Source: Candidatus Nomurabacteria bacterium
Lineage (GTDB): Bacteria; Patescibacteriota; Minisyncoccia; Phycocordibacterales; UBA918
Direction of reading: 5' to 3'
NCBI GenBank assembly: GCA_023898565.1
Contig: CP060228.1
Location: 624,594 to 688,593 of the forward strand
Length of the DNA: 64,000 nt
The translations under genes were made by a program, and so were the position numbers. Numbering within the stretch: the first letter of the stretch is position 1; every line of letters starts with the position of its first letter. Below the pieces are notes generated by a model that ran no database searches, was not told the DNA's origin, and was given only the letters and a program-made list of their open reading frames with translations. Below are positions 9,635 through 17,003 of the stretch, in pieces.

Positions 9635-10741
9635 TTACGCGTTGCCTTCCTTGAATGAAAGGGTCATCTTCTGTTCAGATGGCTCGAAGAGCGTAATCTT
9701 GAACTTGTAGACATTACCGAGTGAAAGAGCAGCCTTGAGCTTCTCTTCAGTTTCAAATTCTGAAACGTGAACGAGACCTGCTACACCTTCTTCGATTGAT
9801 GCAAGTGCACCGTGCTTGTTGTACTTAATCACAACTGCGTCTACTACCTGGTCCTTCTGGTACTTCTTACCAGCTGTTACCCATGGGTTTTCTTTAAGCT
9901 GCTTGATTGAGAGTGAGATCTTGTCATCCTTCACTTCAATCACCTTTACGCTTACCTTATCACCCACCTTGTAGAGCGCCTTGGTGTCTTCTACGAGACC
10001 CCAGTCGAGTTCAGAGATGTGTACGAGACCTTCAAGACCTGGTTCGAGCTTAACGAATACACCAAAGTCTACAGCGCCAGTAACTTCACCTTCTACGACG
10101 TTACCAACTTCGTACTTGTTTACCTTCTCTTCCTTTTCCTGCTTTTCTTCAAGCCCCTTCTCAGAGAAGATAAGCTTGTGTTCTTTAGGATCAGCCGTGA
10201 TCATTACTACTGAAAGGTGCTTACCAACGAGTTCGTTGAGCGCAGTAAGGATCTTGTCCTTGTCGCCATCAGTAACGCGTGGGTAATTTTCAGCTGAAAG
10301 CTGTGATGCAGGGAGGAATCCCTGGATGCCCTGCCAGTCGATGATAAGACCGCCTTTGTTGGCTTCCTTCACCTCGAGGCTAAGAACAGTAGCGTTCTTA
10401 ACAGCTGCTTCGGCATCAGCCCAGATGAGTGCCTGACGAGCTTCCTTGAGTGAGAGCTCAATGTAGCCATCTTCGTTGTCGGTAGTTACTACCTTAGCGT
10501 CGATGCTGTCGCCTACATTCACCTTGCGAAGAATATCGCGGGCGTTCATGTATTCACGACCATAAATAAGACCAGTACCAAATGGGGTAACGTCGATGTA
10601 CACGCGAGCGCGTCCAATCGCTGATACGACACCTGATACGATTTCTCCATCCTTTGGAGCAGCTGGTGTTTCGGCCAAAACCTTGTCCATCACACCTGAA
10701 GCGACAGCAGCGCTGTCGCTGGATTTTCCAAATCCAAACAT
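9635..10741 (-). CDS. rpsA: 30S ribosomal protein S1, short form with 4 S1 domains
   Basis: Repeated S1/OB motifs, for example GEVTGAVDFGVFVKLEPGLEGLVHISEL. Confidence 0.9.
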   Translation of the reverse strand: MFGFGKSSDSAAVASGVMDKVLAETPAAPKDGEIVSGVVSAIGRARVYIDVTPFGTGLIYGREYMNARDILRKVNVGDSIDAKVVTTDNEDGYIELSLKEARQALIWADAEAAVKNATVLSLEVKEANKGGLIIDWQGIQGFLPASQLSAENYPRVTDGDKDKILTALNELVGKHLSVVMITADPKEHKLIFSEKGLEEKQEKEEKVNKYEVGNVVEGEVTGAVDFGVFVKLEPGLEGLVHISELDWGLVEDTKALYKVGDKVSVKVIEVKDDKISLSIKQLKENPWVTAGKKYQKDQVVDAVVIKYNKHGALASIEEGVAGLVHVSEFETEEKLKAALSLGNVYKFKITLFEPSEQKMTLSFKEGNA

Positions 10742-10908
10742 TGTATTTCTTTGTTATTTCCGACGACACGCGTCCGCGCAACTGTTGCTCGTGGCCATGT
10801 CCATGAGCGCGGGGTTAAACGTGTGTCGCTAGAAGCTATTAATTACCTAAAAGGTGTGCAAAATATAGCAGAACGTAGGGAATTGTCGAGGGTGCGTGAG
10901 TCAGAAAG

Positions 10909-11001
10909 CCGAGCCGCCTCCAGTTTTTCACACGCTCCGATGTTTGCCGAGTAGCTTGGGCGCACATTCTCCGCGGACGCTCAAAACTGGAGGCGGCTCG
11001 G
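10909..11001. repeat. conserved ~93-nt hairpin element, copy A: a 19-bp perfect outer stem enclosing a conserved core
   Basis: Stem CCGAGCCGCCTCCAGTTTT / AAAACTGGAGGCGGCTCGG. The core begins TCACACGCTCCGATGTTT and ends CTCCGCGGACGCTCA, identical to copy B at 12365-12453 while the outer stems differ. Confidence 0.6.
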
Positions 11002-11008
11002 TTCGGAC

Positions 11009-11040
11009 AAAAAAGAGCGCGATACTTGCGTATCGCGCTC
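11009..11040 (-). terminator. intrinsic terminator (minus strand) of the 11065..11436 unit
   Basis: Minus sense: GAGCGCGATAC-GCAA-GTATCGCGCTC followed by TTTTTTG. Confidence 0.65.
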
Positions 11041-11064
11041 AAAGCAGAAGAACAGATGAAGTTT

Positions 11065-11436
11065 TTAGACGAGCTCAAATCGGGTCGGTTCGGACCGCCG
11101 CAAGTTGCGGCGATTGCATCGCTGATTGCGACTGTTGGATTCGTGCGCACGCTTTGTCCAGTGGTGGAGCGTGTTGCGTTCGATAGACCAAAGGCGAGCC
11201 TCAAGCCCGTTTTCGATCATGCGAACTTCCTTCTTTCGAGCACAGCTTGAGCCGCTGAAGCTCGGTTCACGAACTTCCTTGCCGGCCACCACTTCAGTCG
11301 TGATGGCCTCGACAGGCTTGGCCGGGTGACGCTTCTTTTTGAGCGTCACCCGAGCCCGATTTTTCGGATTCAGGCGGAGAACTTCCGGCATGTGTTGCTG
11401 AAGGGCGGGGTCAGTGCTGTAGAAGGTGGTGTACAT
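11065..11436 (-). CDS. hypothetical basic protein (123 aa) with a consensus promoter and SD
   Basis: Lys/Arg-rich, no recognisable domain. It is preceded on the minus strand by AGGAGA-5nt-ATG and a TTGACA-16-TATAAT promoter. An antisense 65-aa ORF (11056-11250, +) overlaps it. Confidence 0.45.
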   Translation of the reverse strand: MYTTFYSTDPALQQHMPEVLRLNPKNRARVTLKKKRHPAKPVEAITTEVVAGKEVREPSFSGSSCARKKEVRMIENGLEARLWSIERNTLHHWTKRAHESNSRNQRCNRRNLRRSEPTRFELV

Positions 11437-11481
11437 CTTCGTCTCCTGTGGTATGAGCTATGGAACAAATTGATTTTTATT

Positions 11482-11509
11482 ATTATACACAAAATTTACA
11501 TATTGTCAA
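11482..11509 (-). promoter_or_regulatory. consensus sigma70 promoter (TTGACA-16 nt-TATAAT) on the minus strand
   Basis: Minus-sense TTGACAATATGTAAATTTTGTGTATAAT. TSS predicted ~11475, about 40 nt upstream of the ATG at 11436. Confidence 0.6.
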
Positions 11510-11542
11510 TACTAATATATAAAAATAGTGATGTTTTGCATA

Positions 11543-11574
11543 GAAAAAGCCCTGCACACGTGGTGTGCAGGGCT
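11543..11574 (-). terminator. intrinsic terminator (minus strand) ending the GC-rich island transcript
   Basis: Minus sense: AGCCCTGCACAC-C-ACGTGTGCAGGGCT followed by TTTTT. Confidence 0.6.
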
Positions 11575-11579
11575 GGTCC

Positions 11580-12340
11580 AGGTTTCTCTCATCAGGCAGC
11601 TAGGGCCATGTCATGGAGCCGTCCTCCAGTTTGGTCCCTGCATCAAACAGCAGGGCGTCATTTTCTGTCACTGCGCCGACGATGGCGCTTATCCGGAATA
11701 GAACTTGCTCATGGAGACTCACTCCTGTTGGCGGGTTCACGGGGAGGCGCTCCCGCGGCGAGACTCATCTAGAGTTCGCGGCGGGAGCAGGATTGACGGC
11801 CGATTGCCGAATTGCCGGGCCTATGAGAAGGCGCGGCAGCGGCGAGCGAGGCCGTCAGAGGTAGCACATGGCGCACACTTCATCCGTGCGCCATATACCA
11901 GGCCGGACACCGGGGCTAGGAAGCGCCGGCGACCTTGGTAGCGGTGGCGGTGGTCAGCAGGTCGAAAAAAACGTTCTCTTGTGCGCCTTGCGGCGGATCG
12001 GTCAGATGCTTCATGGTGCTTCTCCTTTTCCCTTGCGGGAGTTGTATGCTCGCGCTGGCCATCGTGGCGAGTGCGAGCGGTTGAAAACCTAAACTATTTT
12101 GTTCTGAAAGATCTCATACCCTACGGGGCGGGGAAGTACACATTGTGGCGCAAACTGCAGTCTGATTAGTCAAACTCATGCAGGACTAGAGAAGTCTCTC
12201 TAGAAAACATGGGTCGACAGCCGAGACGTAGTCTCAAGCACAATATGTAGTTCTACCACGCGCCCCGTAGGGGGTTTCGTGTTCGCGCGAGTAATACTCA
12301 GCGAGCGAAAACTTATAAAAGGATAGCATACATAAATTAT
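11580..12340 (-). other. GC-rich (~62% GC) ORF-poor island of ~760 nt, bracketed on the minus strand by a promoter-like site (~12320-12350) and the 11543-11574 terminator; candidate structured RNA or micro-ORF locus
   Basis: Only short overlapping Arg-rich ORFs on either strand. Many local hairpins (CTAGAGA-AGTC-TCTCTAG; GAGAC-GUA-GTCTC). A 12-bp long-range helix CCCTACGGGGCG (12118-12129) pairs with CGCCCCGTAGGG (12262-12273). Flanking DNA is ~47% GC. Confidence 0.35.
11906..12014 (-). CDS. 36-aa micro-ORF with a strong SD (MKHLTDPPQGAQENVFFDLLTTATATKVAGAS), below the ORF-track size cutoff
   Basis: Minus-sense AAGGAGAAGCACC-ATG and a TAG stop; it lies inside the GC island. Confidence 0.2.
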
Positions 12341-12364
12341 TTGTCAAGGGTTTTGTGTCTTATC

Positions 12365-12453
12365 CTGGCGCGGCTAATTCCTCACACGCTCCGATGTTTT
12401 CAGAGACACTCTGGCACTTTCTCCCCGCGGACGCTCAGAATTAGCCGCGCCAG
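12365..12453. repeat. conserved ~89-nt hairpin element, copy B: a 16-bp perfect outer stem with the same core ends as copy A
   Basis: Stem CTGGCGCGGCTAATTC / GAATTAGCCGCGCCAG. The core ends TCACACGCTCCGATGTTT and CTCCCCGCGGACGCTCA match copy A; the variable middle forms the hairpin CAGAG-ACA-CTCTG. Confidence 0.6.
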
Positions 12454-12526
12454 AGGGACTACCACGCATAGTCGCTGCTTCTCTGACTGTCGCACGCAGT
12501 GGGTCTGGTTTGCGCAGGTTGCTGGT

Positions 12527-12569
12527 CGGGCAGAAATTTTGGCAGGCGGAGCCCCAAAATTTCCGCCCG
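12527..12569 (+). promoter_or_regulatory. 16-bp hairpin in the leader of the MBL-hydrolase gene
   Basis: CGGGCAGAAATTTTGG-CAGGCGGAGCC-CCAAAATTTCCGCCCG. A second small hairpin, CGGTA-TACT-TACCG, ends 3 nt before the ATG at 12599. Confidence 0.4.
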
Positions 12570-12598
12570 CGGCACCTTTACGGTATACTTACCGCATT

Positions 12599-13219
12599 AT
12601 GGTCATTACATATCACGGTGGTCAGTGTTTTAAAGTTTCGTTTGGTGACACGACCTTGGCTTTTAACCCAATTTCCAAAAAATCCAAACTTAGTCCAGTT
12701 AAGTTCGGTTCAGACGCTGCCTTTGTGTCGCTCTGGCACGAGGATTTTAATGGTGTAGATCAAGTAGCCCATGGTGCTAAGCAGCCGTTTGTGGTTGATG
12801 GTCCGGGTGAATACGAAATCGGCCAAGTAGTAGCGCATGGTTTTGGCGTCAAAACTATGTATGATAAGGAAGAAGCGTACAATACGATTTTTCAAGTAAA
12901 GCTCGAGGATATCAATATGGTATTTCTTGGTGCGCTCAGCGAGCCAGAGATTGACCCAAAGATTCTGAGTGAATTTGGTGATATTGATATTCTTTTTGTC
13001 CCAATTGGCGGCGGTGATGTGCTTGAGGCGCCACAGGCGTCTAAGCTTGGTGTGAAGCTCGAAGCGAAGCTGGTGATTCCAATGCACTACAATGACACAG
13101 CGCTTAAAGCTTTTCTTAAGGAAGAAAGCAAGGACGGATTAAAGCCAGTAGATAAACTCACTGTCAAAAAGAAGGACGTTCAGGCAATGTCTGGTGATGT
13201 GGTGGTATTAAAGGCATAG
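12599..13219 (+). CDS. metal-dependent hydrolase, MBL (beta-lactamase) fold
   Basis: MVITYHGGQCFKVSFGDTTLAFNP...DILFVPIGG resembles the UPF0173/YtkL-like MBL-fold family. The ORF-track start at 12341 is a TTG extension across the repeat element, so I trimmed it to the ATG at 12599. Confidence 0.7.
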   Translation: MVITYHGGQCFKVSFGDTTLAFNPISKKSKLSPVKFGSDAAFVSLWHEDFNGVDQVAHGAKQPFVVDGPGEYEIGQVVAHGFGVKTMYDKEEAYNTIFQVKLEDINMVFLGALSEPEIDPKILSEFGDIDILFVPIGGGDVLEAPQASKLGVKLEAKLVIPMHYNDTALKAFLKEESKDGLKPVDKLTVKKKDVQAMSGDVVVLKA

Positions 13220-13221
13220 TC

Positions 13222-13695
13222 ATGATCAAGCGATTTCTGCGACATTTACGACAACAACCTAAGGGTGTTCGGGACAACATCGCGCTTGGTGTCGCAGTAT
13301 CTTTCACGGCTGTGGTGGTGTTTGGGTGGATGTATAGTTTACCAATGAAGATCGCTGATCGAATGGAAAGACTTGCTTCTGGTAATGAAGAAAAGCCTGG
13401 ATTTACTGCTTTGTTTAAAGGTATTAAAGATCAGGTTGCTGAAGTGGCCGACGCAGTTGATACTGATGAAGCAGCAGTAATTCAGCTTGAAAGAGAAGTG
13501 GTTGGTGAGGATTATCAAATAGTAATGCCAAATGCCGCTCAAGTAGAATTCTCTAGTACCACTACGTCTTCGACAAAAAATGCTCAGTTAAACGTAGCTA
13601 CTTCTACCGACTCAGCAACAACGTCGCTACGCGCCATTAGAATCGTTACTACCAATACAACCAGCACCTCGTCAACCGCCTCGAGTACGCGCTAG
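13222..13695 (+). CDS. hypothetical membrane-anchored protein with a Ser/Thr-rich C-terminus
   Basis: N-terminal TM segment (ALGVAVSFTAVVVFGWMY) and a C-terminal TTTSSTKN...TSTSSTASST tail. Confidence 0.5.
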   Translation: MIKRFLRHLRQQPKGVRDNIALGVAVSFTAVVVFGWMYSLPMKIADRMERLASGNEEKPGFTALFKGIKDQVAEVADAVDTDEAAVIQLEREVVGEDYQIVMPNAAQVEFSSTTTSSTKNAQLNVATSTDSATTSLRAIRIVTTNTTSTSSTASSTR

Positions 13696-13742
13696 TGTGC
13701 TATAATCGCTATCATTTTATTCATATTCTGAACTAATTTTCT

Positions 13743-16214
13743 ATGCCGAAAAAGACCACTGCACCCGAAGTTCCTGAAGTGCCAAAGCAAGGAATTGTCG
13801 CTCAAAGCATCACCAGTGAAATGGAGAATGCGTACCTCGACTACGCGATGTCGGTAATTACGCAGCGCGCACTTCCTGATGTGCGTGACGGACTAAAGCC
13901 GGTGCACCGCCGCATTCTGTATTCGATGCGTCTCAATGGCTTGACCGCATCAGCCAAATTTCGCAAGTCGGCGACGGTAGTAGGAGACGTGCTTGGTAGT
14001 TTTCACCCGCACGGTGACGCCTCGGTATATGAGGCGATGGTAAAGCTCGCACAGCCATTTTCGACACGCTATCCGCTCGTGATTGGTCAGGGTAACTTCG
14101 GTTCGATCGACGGCGACAGCGCTGCGGCCTATCGTTACACTGAGGCTAAAATGTCACGCATTTCTGAAGAAATGCTTCGAGATCTGGAAAAAGACACAGT
14201 CAACTGGCGTCCAAACTACGACGGTACCAAAAAGGAGCCCGAAGTATTGCCAGCGGCGGCACCAAACCTTTTGTTGCTTGGTTCGCTTGGTATTGCAGTG
14301 GGTATGGCGACCAATATCCCGCCACACAATCTCCGCGAAGTCGCCAATGCAACCGCGCATCTTATTGATGATCCAGACGCGACAACCGAGGATCTTTTGA
14401 AGCATGTGCAGGGGCCAGATTTTCCAACCGGCGCGATTGCGTTCGATAAAAAGGCGATTTCGCAAGCCTACACCAACGGCCGTGGCGGTGTGGTAGTGCG
14501 TGGTGAGGCTGAGATTGTCGAAGACAAGCGGGGCGCCTTCTCTATCGTAATCACTTCGATTCCGTATCGCGTCAACAAGGCCGATATGCAGGAGAAGATT
14601 GCTAATCTCGTGCGCGAAAAGAAAATTGAAGGTATTCGCGAAATGCGTGACGAATCAACCGACGATATCCGTGTGGTGATTGAGCTCAAGACCGGCGCCC
14701 AGCCACAGACCGTGCTCAATAAGCTCTACAAGCACACGCAGCTAGAAGACACCTTCCACTACAACATGGTGGCGCTCGTTGATGGCGTGCCGCAAACACT
14801 CTCGCTAAAGGCAATTCTCCAGGAGTATGTAAAGCACCGCGCTGAGGTGATTCGTCGCCGTACGCAGTACGATTTAAATAAAGCCAAAGACCGCGAGCAT
14901 ATCTTGCTAGGTCTTAAGAAGGCGCTTGATCACATTGATAAGATTATCAAATTGATTCGTGCCGCCAAGGACGTGCCAACTGCGCACGCCGCACTTATGA
15001 AGGAGTTCAAATTCTCTGCGATTCAGGCACAGGCGATTCTTGATATGCGACTTCAGAAGCTTGCTGGACTTGAACGCAAGAAGATTGAAGACGAACTCAA
15101 GGCGGTGCAGAAGCTGATTAAGGAGCTTGAAGCGATTTTGAAGAGCAAAGCTAAGATGATGAGTATCGTAAAGTCTGAACTCCTCGAAGTGGCTGAGAAG
15201 TACGGTGATGATCGTCGTACGAAGATTGTAAAGGGAGGCGTGAAGCAGCTTTCGCAAGAAGATCTGATTCCAGACGAAGAGTCAGTGCTCGTACTTACCC
15301 AAGGGGGCTACGTCAAGCGTACCAATCCATCTGAATACAAGGTGCAGAAGCGCGGCGGTGTCGGCGTAGTTGATCTCAATACTAAGGAAGAAGACGTGGT
15401 AACTACGCTTATTACCACGTCAGCCCACAGCGATCTCCTCTTCTTCACTGACTTCGGTAAGGTCTATCAGTGCAAGATGTTTGAAATTCCTGAGGGCCGC
15501 AAGGCGACCAAGGGTAAGTCAATTATGAACTTCCTCTCAATGGCGGCTGAAGAGCGCGTAACGTCAGTCTTGGCAGTGCGCAAGGAAGATTGGGAAGGTG
15601 ACTGGTCACTCATGATGGTCACCAAGAACGGTGTCGCTAAGAAGAGCGACGCGGCTGCCTTTAAGGACGTTCGCCGCAGTGGTCTTATTGCGATTACGCT
15701 TAAAGACGACGATTCACTCATTGCTGCGATGTTTGTGGGTGCGAAAGACGAAGTGTCGCTCATTACGGAGAAGGGCCAGTCTATCCGCTTCAAGGAAAGT
15801 GATGTACGTCAGATGGGCCGCACCGCCTCTGGTGTGGGCGCCATGAAGCTTTCTAAGGGTGATGTGATTGTCTCAGCTGATGTGATTCAGGGCGGTGAGA
15901 AAGATAAGCAGGTTTTGGTAGTAACCGAGCATGGGTATGGTAAGGCAACGCCAGCAAAGGAATTTAAGGTCCAAAATCGCGGCGGCTCAGGTATTAAGGC
16001 GGCTAAGGTGACTGATAAGACTGGTAAGATCGTGCGCGGACTTATTATTACCGATGAAGAGCAGGCGGAAGGCGAGCTTGTGATCATGAGTAAGAAGGGG
16101 CAAGTGATTAAGTTGCCACTGAAGGATGTGCCGGCCCTCGGACGTGATACGCAGGGCGTGCGCGTAATGAAGATGCGAGCAGGAGATTCTATCGCTAGCG
16201 TGGTGTTTGTTTAA
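13743..16214 (+). CDS. gyrA: DNA gyrase subunit A
   Basis: [33 protein letters not shown] with the active-site Tyr region, plus C-terminal beta-pinwheel repeats. Confidence 0.9.
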   Translation: MPKKTTAPEVPEVPKQGIVAQSITSEMENAYLDYAMSVITQRALPDVRDGLKPVHRRILYSMRLNGLTASAKFRKSATVVGDVLGSFHPHGDASVYEAMVKLAQPFSTRYPLVIGQGNFGSIDGDSAAAYRYTEAKMSRISEEMLRDLEKDTVNWRPNYDGTKKEPEVLPAAAPNLLLLGSLGIAVGMATNIPPHNLREVANATAHLIDDPDATTEDLLKHVQGPDFPTGAIAFDKKAISQAYTNGRGGVVVRGEAEIVEDKRGAFSIVITSIPYRVNKADMQEKIANLVREKKIEGIREMRDESTDDIRVVIELKTGAQPQTVLNKLYKHTQLEDTFHYNMVALVDGVPQTLSLKAILQEYVKHRAEVIRRRTQYDLNKAKDREHILLGLKKALDHIDKIIKLIRAAKDVPTAHAALMKEFKFSAIQAQAILDMRLQKLAGLERKKIEDELKAVQKLIKELEAILKSKAKMMSIVKSELLEVAEKYGDDRRTKIVKGGVKQLSQEDLIPDEESVLVLTQGGYVKRTNPSEYKVQKRGGVGVVDLNTKEEDVVTTLITTSAHSDLLFFTDFGKVYQCKMFEIPEGRKATKGKSIMNFLSMAAEERVTSVLAVRKEDWEGDWSLMMVTKNGVAKKSDAAAFKDVRRSGLIAITLKDDDSLIAAMFVGAKDEVSLITEKGQSIRFKESDVRQMGRTASGVGAMKLSKGDVIVSADVIQGGEKDKQVLVVTEHGYGKATPAKEFKVQNRGGSGIKAAKVTDKTGKIVRGLIITDEEQAEGELVIMSKKGQVIKLPLKDVPALGRDTQGVRVMKMRAGDSIASVVFV

Positions 16215-16226
16215 CACGCACTTGTG

Positions 16227-16352
16227 CCATCGGGCGGACTAATTTTCAGGCACGAATCAAGTTCTCCGCTCGCTTTCCGGTTTTAATAAAGAGGCTTCGC
16301 CTCTTGACAAAAACCGGGCTCCGCGAGGCCCGAAAATTAGTTCGTCCGATGG
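16227..16352 (+). ncRNA. candidate structured RNA element downstream of gyrA: a 21-bp closing helix with G-U pairs around two internal hairpins
   Basis: CCATCGGGCGGACTAATTTTC ... GAAAATTAGTTCGTCCGATGG with two G-U wobbles. Internal hairpins are CCGGTTTT..AAAACCGG and AGAGGC-TTC-GCCTCT. An intrinsic terminator follows at 16377-16409. Confidence 0.35.
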
Positions 16353-16376
16353 CTGAAGATGTATTGAGGGAGAAAT

Positions 16377-16409
16377 GCGGCGGGACCTTCGGTCCCGCCG
16401 CTGTCTTTT
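16377..16409 (+). terminator. intrinsic terminator
   Basis: GCGGCGGGACC-TTCG-GTCCCGCCGC followed by TGTCTTTT. Confidence 0.65.
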
Positions 16410-16454
16410 CACATAAACCAAAAATTCCACCTATCTCTGGTGTATAATAATCGC

Positions 16455-17003
16455 ATGAATACACCAATTGGCGGTCGGTTTGTCATGCCGGATGTGGTCG
16501 CATCACATTTTCACCTTAATGAGGGTGATTTAGTAGCAGATTTTGGCGCTGGTAGCGGTTTTTTCTTAAAAGCGCTTTCAAAAGCCGTGGCCGATACTGG
16601 TCGGGTTTATGCTTGTGAAATTCAGAAGCAATTGGTAGAAAAACTTGGTGAACTGGCGCGACTTCAAGGGCTTGGTAATGTGTATCCGCTTTGGTGTGAC
16701 CTTGAAGAAACAAACGGCATTAAAATCGGCACTGGTGAATTGGATGCGGCAATTTTGGTCAACACCCTCTTTTTGATTGAAGATAAGCAAGCTGCTGTAA
16801 AAGAAATGGGTCGCGCACTACGTAGCGGGGGTAAGTTTTTTGTTATTGACTGGACTGAGTCATTCGCTGGCATGGGGCCACAGCCACAAAATGTCATAAC
16901 TGCATCAGAGGCGACAGTGCTATTTGAGGCGAATGGATTTGTGCTTGAGCGTGAGTTTCCGACTGGTGATCATCACTATGGATTAGCTTTTCGTAAGATA
17001 TGA
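16455..17003 (+). CDS. class I SAM-dependent methyltransferase
   Basis: Motif I DFGAGSGFF. The ORF-track start at 16440 is GTG; the ATG at 16455 is preceded by TGGTGTATAAT (an extended -10) 6 nt upstream, which suggests a leaderless mRNA. The stop overlaps the next start (ATGA). Confidence 0.7.
   Translation: MNTPIGGRFVMPDVVASHFHLNEGDLVADFGAGSGFFLKALSKAVADTGRVYACEIQKQLVEKLGELARLQGLGNVYPLWCDLEETNGIKIGTGELDAAILVNTLFLIEDKQAAVKEMGRALRSGGKFFVIDWTESFAGMGPQPQNVITASEATVLFEANGFVLEREFPTGDHHYGLAFRKI

Noticed and set aside
9981-10286. Antisense or overlapping ORFs inside rpsA, gyrA, clpB, topA, infB, ftsZ and the large hypothetical protein (many 60-150-aa entries in the track)
   Set aside because: They are wholly contained within strongly supported genes on the opposite strand or in another frame. 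They have biased Ser/Arg/Pro composition, no start-site signals and no homology, so they are shadow ORFs.
10896-11186. 96-aa plus-strand ORF (MSQKAEPPPVFHTLRC...) spanning hairpin element A
   Set aside because: It is Arg/Cys/Ser-rich, runs through the 19-bp perfect stem and the terminator, and has no SD. It is an artefact of GC-rich palindromic DNA.
11580-12340. Calling the GC island RNase P RNA, SRP RNA, 6S RNA, tmRNA or an ORF-less group II intron
   Set aside because: I searched both strands by eye for the universal P4 (AGUCCGGGCUCC/ACAGARCCGGCUUA), SRP domain IV (GGAAGCAGCC with a GNRA loop), the tmRNA T-arm/acceptor end, and group II domain V (AGC..GAAA..GUACGG). None is present, so the call is left as 'unknown structured region'.
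12341-12598. N-terminal 86-codon extension of the MBL-hydrolase ORF
   Set aside because: It starts with TTG and is composed of Arg/Cys/Ser-rich junk (MSRVLCLILARLIPHTLRCFQRHSG...). It covers the conserved hairpin element. The real start is the ATG at 12599 (MVITYHGG...), which matches the family N-terminus.
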